Origin: the human T2T-CHM13v2.0 reference genome, Homo sapiens
Assembly: GCF_009914755.1 (NCBI RefSeq)
Contig: NC_060941.1
Direction: 5' to 3' (one strand)
Length of the DNA: 64,000 bases
This document shows, one piece after another, positions 56,966-64,000 of this stretch. The notes under the pieces are model-generated. The model did no database searches. It worked only from the letters and a program-made list of their open reading frames with translations, and was not told where the DNA came from. The translations under genes and the position numbers were made by a program. Numbering within the stretch: the first letter of the stretch is position 1; each line of letters starts with the position of its first letter.

Positions 56966-57779
56966 TCTTGGGCATCTACTCTCAGTGTGTAGGCACCACA
57001 CATATTCGCAGGCACACACACACTCAAAAGCTTGAACATCCATGTTTTTCCTGGATGAGGCTCTGCAGCCCACCTGCAGCTCGGCTTGCCAGTCCCCACC
57101 CTCAAATCCCTCTGCATGGACTGCCAGGGAGGGGCCCTCTGTAGGCTGATGGGCAGGGTGTCCCCACAGACAGGCAGGAAGCCAGAGCAGACATCACTAT
57201 CTCCTCATCGCTCCAGGCAGCCACCTCCAAGCCCTCCTGCCTTTCAGGAAGCCAAATCAGGAAATTAACTGGGAGCCAAGACGCCTCCAGACACCTGCCT
57301 GGAAATTCAAACCAGGAGCAGGTGGGGGCTGGCTTGGGAGGAGGACAGAGTGGATAAGGGGGCTCCTTGTAGTGGGGCAGTGGGCCCATACAGGGAGTAT
57401 GTGCCAACCCTTTTTAAGGGAGCCGGTGTCACAGATAACCAACATGAGCTGCCTGGGATGGGACCGTGAAGGACACAACCAGCTTATTCTGGGGAGTATA
57501 CTCCACCCAATAGCAGGAGGACCCTGCGCCGGGAAGCCCTGGCAGCAACTTGGTGATTGGTTCTGCTGCTGCTCTACGTGAAATCCCCCAGGGGATGCAG
57601 ACAGAGGGGACAGAATCAGGAGCTGAAAAGAGGCTGCACTATACCTCTATACCAAGGCAAGCACAGGCTTTAGAGCCAGACAAAAGTGGTTCAAACCCAC
57701 CTTTTGTCACTTACAAGTCCCGTAACTTTATATCTCAGTTACCGTCAATTAAATGGACATAATCATAGCAACCTGCATT

Positions 57780-58362
57780 TGTCAAGGTAGGCCAACTGTT
57801 CCAACAAAAAATCCTAAAAATCTCAGTAGTTTATAACACCATATTTCTTCTTCTTACAGTCTAATATGGAGTTGGCAGCAGGGCTAACTCCACCTCTAGA
57901 CCCAGGTTTCTCAGTCTCAGTACTGTTGACATCTGCTGGATAATTATTGTGGGGGCTGTCCTGTGCATGGTAGGATGCTTAGTGGCATCCCTGGCCTCTA
58001 CCCACTAGACACCAGTAGCACTCCCCCAAGTTGTGACAACCGAAAATGTCTCTAGATGTTGCCAAATGTTGCCCCATAGGCAAAATCGCCCCCGGCTGAG
58101 AATCATTGCTCTAGATCCTTTGAGGGATCCTCTGCAGCTAGTCAGCAGAGGAAGGAGGAAAGGGTGCACAAGCCTCACACAGGAGGTCTCTGAGGGGCCA
58201 GCCTGCATGCCACAGCGTGCATTGCATCTGCCCATTTTTCACTGGCCAGATCTAGGTCACATGGCCCGAGCTGCAGGGAGGCTGGCAAGTGTAGTCCACT
58301 GTGTGTCTGGAAGAAAAAGGAACCTGGGTCTGGAGAGCACATAGTCACGTCTCTGCCCCACC
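57780..58362 (-). mobile_element. MLT1 LTR split by MER20
   Basis: 'aacaaaaaatcctaaaaatctcagtagttta' and 'ctgcccatttttcactggccaga...ggaggctggcaagtgtagtc'. Confidence 0.65.
57902..58108 (-). mobile_element. MER20 with an 8-bp hAT TSD
   Basis: Clear MER20 sequence; TSD ctctagac (57894-57901) / ctctagat (58109-58116). Confidence 0.92.
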
Positions 58363-59984
58363 ACCTCTCAGGGTTGTCAGGATGATTTGACCAGCTGAGG
58401 AGTCTTGGTAAATAAAATGCATGCATGCCATAGCTCTCAGCACATCTAATGACTGATATTCTTTGAATGTTTGTCATGGCTCCATACTCTGATAGCACTT
58501 GGGATGCATTATCTCGCTGGATCTCCATTTGTTGGTGAGGAAATTAAGGTGCGGGGGTGGGAAGGATCACAGAGTTGGGTGCAGGGTCACAGAGCTGCCG
58601 GCTCCAGGATGCTGGCTCCAGCACCTGCATCTTGACCTCTGTGCTATACTCTGCTGATTGTTGCTCTCCTGGCCCAAATCCCACGTTTATGCTGTCACAT
58701 GCAGCATGGTCACTCCGCAAATCATAGACTTACAAAACATTTATCTGCATAGAGGAGGAAACTCTGAGGGCCAGGAAGAAGTGATTGCCCAGGGTCGCTC
58801 CACTAGAAAGTGTCAGAGCCAGAACTAGAACCCAGATCTAGTGGTTGAAGACAAAGTACTCTCTCTGAGAAAGAGGCCACTTCTGTCCTCCAGCCAGGAG
58901 GTAGGGATACTGGCAGAAATCTCTGTTCTGTGCTCTCCCATCCCTGTGTAACTGGGTCTTCAGACACAAGTGAGAGATGGCTCCAGAAGGCAGGGAGCTA
59001 ATTTTCCCAGACGACCACACTGGGGAGGAGTATGAAATACAAGTGGATAGCCCTGTCCCCCTTGGGTGCTTGGGGAGGGGACGGGAGCCTTGGAAGGGAA
59101 TCAGGTGGCTCAGCTTGGAGCTCTGGCTTCGCCACTCATTTACTGGGTGGCCCTGAGCAATTCTTTTCCTCTCTGAGCTCCAGATTTCTCTTCTGGCATG
59201 GCATCTCAGGTGTAACAAGCACTTCTCAATCATATTCCTGTCTGTGGTCCCATTTAACCCCCTACCCCACAGGCTGTGTGGAAGGTGGGAATGTGGCCTC
59301 CATTCTGTACAGCACCCTGACCACACAGCCAGGAAGAGGCAGAGTTAGGGCTCAAACCCCGTCTTGTCTAGTACCAGACTCAGGGCTTCCCTTCAGGGGT
59401 CCCCCATTCCAGCGTTCTAGAATTCTGCCATTCTGTGGCCCAAGTCACCCCCAGCCAAGATCACCAACACTTGGCCCTCACCCCATGGAAAGTCTTTGAG
59501 GAAAGAGGCCCCCTCTGTTCCTGGGAAAGGTTTCACAAACTTGGGGCACTGGAGGCAAAAGACATTGACCTTGCTGTCATGAGGGAGTCCTCCTCTACTC
59601 TTTCTCCTTCACCTCCATGACCCATCGGACCCCAAGCTGCGTGGCCCAGTTTGGAAGGAGACAAAGGTGTGGTTAAAGGCATCCTCTAGCGAGGTGGCAG
59701 GCTGAAGGCCTGGCCCAGAGGAGGGTGAGAGGTGGCCACACACCCCTGCCTCTGCTCAGCAATGAGAACGATGTCATCCAACCTAGCGCTCCTGTCACAG
59801 GCCTCAACCTCCCCTGGACCACTCCCACCTCCCATGATCCCCTGCTCAATGAACATCATGGCTTAGATGGCTCTGCATCCTCTCCCTCCCTCAGTCCCCA
59901 CTGCCACACCCTTAGGTCAGTCCCTTGTTCTGTTAGGGCCTCCCCACTAGCCCCTAGACTTCACTTTACTCCCTCCAACACTTC

Positions 59985-60370
59985 CTCCACAATGCTGCCA
60001 CAATGATCTGACAAACCTGGCCATGTCACTCTCCTGCTTGAAACCCTCCATGGCTCCCTGATCCTCTCAGAACAAAACCCAGACTTCTCGGTCAGGCCCA
60101 CAAGACCCTGTTACCTCACCAACCCTCCAACTTCACTTCAGCCATGCTCTTCCTTGCCCTCAGTGCTGCAAGAACACCAGACTACTCATGGTTTCCCCCA
60201 AGCATGTCATTGTTTCAAGCCTCCTGTGACTTTGCCCAAGCTGTTTCCCCTACCTAAACTGTGTTCCTTAAAAGGTTCATAGCAAACTCCTATTCATCCT
60301 TCAAAACCCTGCTCAGATAGCACCTTTTCTCTGAAACCTTTCCTTACCACTTCCTTCCTCCAACAGCACT
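59985..60370 (+). mobile_element. L2 fragment
   Basis: 'catgtcactctcctgcttgaaaccctccatggctccc...aactcctattcatccttcaaaaccctgctcaga'. Confidence 0.75.
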
Positions 60371-60564
60371 AAGTATAATACTTAACATTTATTTATACTT
60401 TACTAATTATAGTAAAACTTAACATTTAAGTATTACTTACTATAATACATTTGTTAACAACTATAATAATACTATACGCCAGGCATTGTCCTGGACCCTG
60501 CATATGTCTCCTTAATTAAATTATCCAAATCTATGAGGCAGAGTGACAGTTTTAAAACCATCCC

Positions 60565-61045
60565 TTCCGCGTAAACCTGGGCAGGCTTGTGACAGCCTAG
60601 ACCAATAGGAGTGCAGTGGAAGGGATGCAATGTAGCATCTAAGGCTGGGCTATAAAAAGTCACATGGCTTCCACCATGGTCTCTCGAAATGCTCACCCTC
60701 CAGACATTTCCTCCCAGGATGTGCCTCCCAGAACCAGTGCACCACACTGGGAAAAGCCCAAGCCACACAGAGAGGCCACTCGTGGGTGCTCTCGTTGGCA
60801 GTCCCAGCTGAGTCCAGCCTTGGAGTCACATGTGAGTGAGAAGTCTCCAGATGATTCCAGCCACTCACATCCCCCTTAAATATTTGAGTCCTCCAGCTGA
60901 GGCCCCCCACATCGTGGAGCAGGGACAAACCACCTGCTGCCCTTCCTAAATTCCTGACCACAGGATCTGTCCAGGCATAGTAAAGTGGTCGTTTCTTTAC
61001 ATCTCTGAGTGTGAGGTATTTGTTACCCACCGATAATAGTCACAA
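60565..61045 (+). mobile_element. MLT1 (G/H-like) LTR inserted in a MIR
   Basis: 'gaccaataggagtgcagtggaag...taaggctgggctataaaaag...aaattcctgaccacaggatctgt...gtatttgttac'. Confidence 0.8.
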
Positions 61046-62259
61046 AGAGCTTACAGTTCATCCCATTTCACAGATGCGAAAACTGAGGCAAGGAGAGGTT
61101 CAATAACGTGCACACTGTCCTAAAGCTAGGGGGAGGCTGAGCCAAGATTTAAACATAGGCAATCAAGTTCCAGAGCCAGCCCTCTCCTGTGCTTCTCTCA
61201 TGATGAATATCACATGGTGGGTTGCCTGTGTAAGTATTCATCTCCACCATCAGACCCAGCTTCTTGAGGGCAGAGACTGCGGTCTCTCTCTATTCCCAGC
61301 ACTAGCTCAGTTCCTGGCATGGAGCTGAGGCTGAGGCCAGGTTTGCTGAACTGACCTGAGCATCAAAGGGAAGCCTCTGCAGTGGGGTTGGGTGAGTGGG
61401 GTCAGGGCCACCAGAGCGGAGTTGAGCCTGTTTATGTCATGATCTCCCGACAGAGCTCCTCCAATGCTGCCCTGCTGACCCCCAGGCCCTTGCCCCACCC
61501 AAGCCTCTGACTCATCATCTGTGTAAATTGATGATTTTCTGCCCAGCCAGCTCCTTGTGCCCCGGGGGCCCAGCTGACAGCTTCATGAAAAACAGTTGCA
61601 GTCAGTACCTCTCAGTCCAGCAGAGCCTGTAGGCATGTGTCATAGCTGACCCCAAGCCCCCTGGCCACGACCCAACCCCTGCCACCCACAACACAGAGCA
61701 CAGCCCAGCTTAGAGTCAAGCATTTGAATCTCCACTGGTTTTGACCATGGGTGCCCCCCTTCCTGGGTCTGGGGATCAAAGGGCAACCTCTTAAGTCTGA
61801 TGCCCCCAAGTGGATGAATCCACCCTCAATGGATTCACTGCAGAGAAGAGTGAGATTAGGACCAGGAGTCAGTGGAGACAGGTGTATGCAGACCCTGGAT
61901 CTCTGCTAGGGAAGTCACCCACCCCCTGACCCCTTCTGGGTCTGCCTTCCAGCTCCAAGAGGAAAATCTCCAAATGATTCTTCTGGAGTTGAACTTTCAG
62001 GGGCTGTGCAGGTCTCCCGGGGGCTGCTTTATAGAGAAAGAGACTTATCCTTCAGCCCCACTGTCCCCTGAACCCTGAAAACCCCCTAAACTCTCCCCTC
62101 GGTGACCTCACACAGGTCACTCAACTCTCCCAAGCCTCACCCTTCTCATAGGTTGGTGTAAGGCTGGACCTTTGTAAACACCATCAGCTGAGAGGTAAGA
62201 CAGGCATGCAGCCAAGGCCAGCTCAGCTGAGGCAAAGAGGAAATAAGAAGGATAATAAA

Positions 62260-62500
62260 ACAGCTGACATTTGTTGACATTTCTCTATATCCTAGACACT
62301 CTTCTAGGTTCTTTACCGGCATGAATTTATGTATTCATCCCAACAACCCTAATCAGTAAACACATTCATTTCCATTTTACAGATGAGGCAACTGAGCCAC
62401 AGAAAGTCAAGTCACTTGGCCAAGTTCTCTCAGCTAGCAAGTGAAAGAGGCAGGAGCCAAATTCAGGCAGACCAGATCCGCAGTCCTGTCCACTTAACAC
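62260..62500 (-). mobile_element. MIR
   Basis: 'ccattttacagatgaggcaactgagccacagaaagtcaagtcacttggccaag'. Confidence 0.85.
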
Positions 62501-63720
62501 TCACACCAACGTGAAGTACCCAGCACAGCATGTGGCATGCACTCTAGCAGGCCAAGGACCCTCAGCCCCTTCCCAGAGACGGGGAGAGTGGCTAGGACAC
62601 ATGGACCCCAGGGGCCATAGAGGGCCTCGCCCCCCTTCCTCCAGACCCTCCGTACCTGGGGGTGGGTAGCTGAGACCCACCCTGGCCCTGGCATTGGTGC
62701 AGGTGAAGAGGCCATCTCAGCATATCATCCTTTTGTCCTTTCACTTGTATGGGAAAGGGATCCAAGAGTTATTTACTGCAGAGATTTCATCGAGATGTTC
62801 TCACCCTTACTGTACATCCTTTAAAGGTGAAATAAAAATATCTAAAGGGGAAAAAAAGCATTTTATTCAGCATCGTAAAAGCCATTGGCAGACGTTCCCC
62901 TGGAAGGGGGAAAAACAGCATAAAATTCTGCAGTGACATTGTTCTGGATGAATCTTCATAGCCAGCCTGAGCAGGTGGAGGGGTGATGGGAGCTGGGGCT
63001 GTTAATAGGGGCTCCTCATGGCTTCAGGTGCCACTGGGTGGGTTCCTTGCTGCATCCCCAGAGCCTGCCACTGGGTCAGCACAGAGTGGGAGCTTAATAA
63101 ATACTTGTTACATTCAAGAGTGAATAAAAGAATGGGCTCTAGAGTGAACCCCTTCCCAGTGGAAGGGGAGGGAGGCAGTGGGCCAGAGCATCGTGGCACT
63201 CGGGGCTGGACCACTGTCCCTGAGACCCACTCGTGGCACATCACTGATAGGTCACACTCTCTCTCACATTCATGTCTTTGCACTTGTGTTCCTCTGCCTG
63301 AAGGTGTTTTAACCCAGGCTGCTTGCCTCCACTTCCCTGTCCAATATCGACTCCACATCCAGCACTCACAACCAGGACCACTAAAGGGCCTCCTCCTCCT
63401 CCAGCTCACACCCATCCTCCCCTCCCCTGTGCTCCTCCAGGCTCTCTGTGCAGCGTAGGGTACATGCCTGTCTCTGTCTCCAAGAGAAAGTGTGCTCCTC
63501 AGGATGGAGACCCTGCTCAGTAAGTGTTTCTCAGATGAATGAATGAATGATACTTGCATAAGCCTTGACGCTTTACAAAGCGTTTTCCCACAGACGGCTC
63601 TAGGAACTCTCAAAGCACCCACACGACGTGGTAGCCAGCTTTGACATCATAAGCCTCATTTTACAGGTAAGAAAGCAGCGATTCAGATAAGGCAAGAGCA
63701 TTGCCTAAAAGTGTATGGGT

Positions 63721-63806
63721 AGTGTGGTCTGAATGTTCGTGTTCCCCCCAAAATTCATGTTGGAATTCTAACCCCCAAGGTGATGGCATTAGATGGTAAG
63801 GTCTTA
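63721..63806 (+). mobile_element. MaLR LTR 5' end (MLT1A/MST-type)
   Basis: 'tgtggtctgaatgttcgtgttcccccc...aaaattcatgttggaattctaacccccaaggtgatggcattag'. Confidence 0.8.
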
Positions 63807-64000
63807 GGCAGGGTGTGATGGCTCACGCCTGTAATCCCAGCACTTTAGGAGGCTGAGGTGGGCAGATCACAAGGTCAGGAGTTCAAGACCAGCCTGGCCA
63901 GCATGGTGAAACCCTGTCTCTGCTAAAAATAAAAAATAAGTTAGCCGGGCATGGTGGCACACATCTGTAATCCCAGCTACTCGGGAAGCTGAGGCAGGAG
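63807..64000 (+). mobile_element. AluS (Sg-like), truncated by the window edge
   Basis: 'gatcacaaggtcaggagttcaagaccagcctggcca'. Confidence 0.95.

Overview
This is primate (very likely human) non-coding DNA of moderate GC content. Primate identity comes from 15 Alu copies (J, S and Y-like). I found no convincing protein-coding exon, RNA gene, CpG island or CRISPR, and I cannot name the locus. Much of the window is interspersed repeats: Alu, MIR, L2, L3/CR1, an old L1 fragment, hAT-type DNA transposons (MER20, MER20B-like, MER33, MER5, MER58A, MER102, MER53) and MaLR/ERVL LTRs. It also holds a two-LTR ERVL (LTR16/ERV3-16A3-like) provirus remnant at about 35.4-39.8 kb with decayed gag, protease and integrase. 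The unique DNA between repeats contains about a dozen short AT-rich blocks dense in homeodomain/POU/SOX-type motifs, which suggests (inference only) an enhancer-rich gene desert or large intron. The most unusual structure is a ~366-bp chimeric insert at 15049-15414 built from two local templates lying on either side of it (12.3 kb and 19.3 kb), with a hint of circular permutation. There are also two tightly spaced tail-to-tail inverted Alu pairs. Repeat subfamily calls are from memory of consensus sequences, and boundaries are approximate except where TSDs are quoted.
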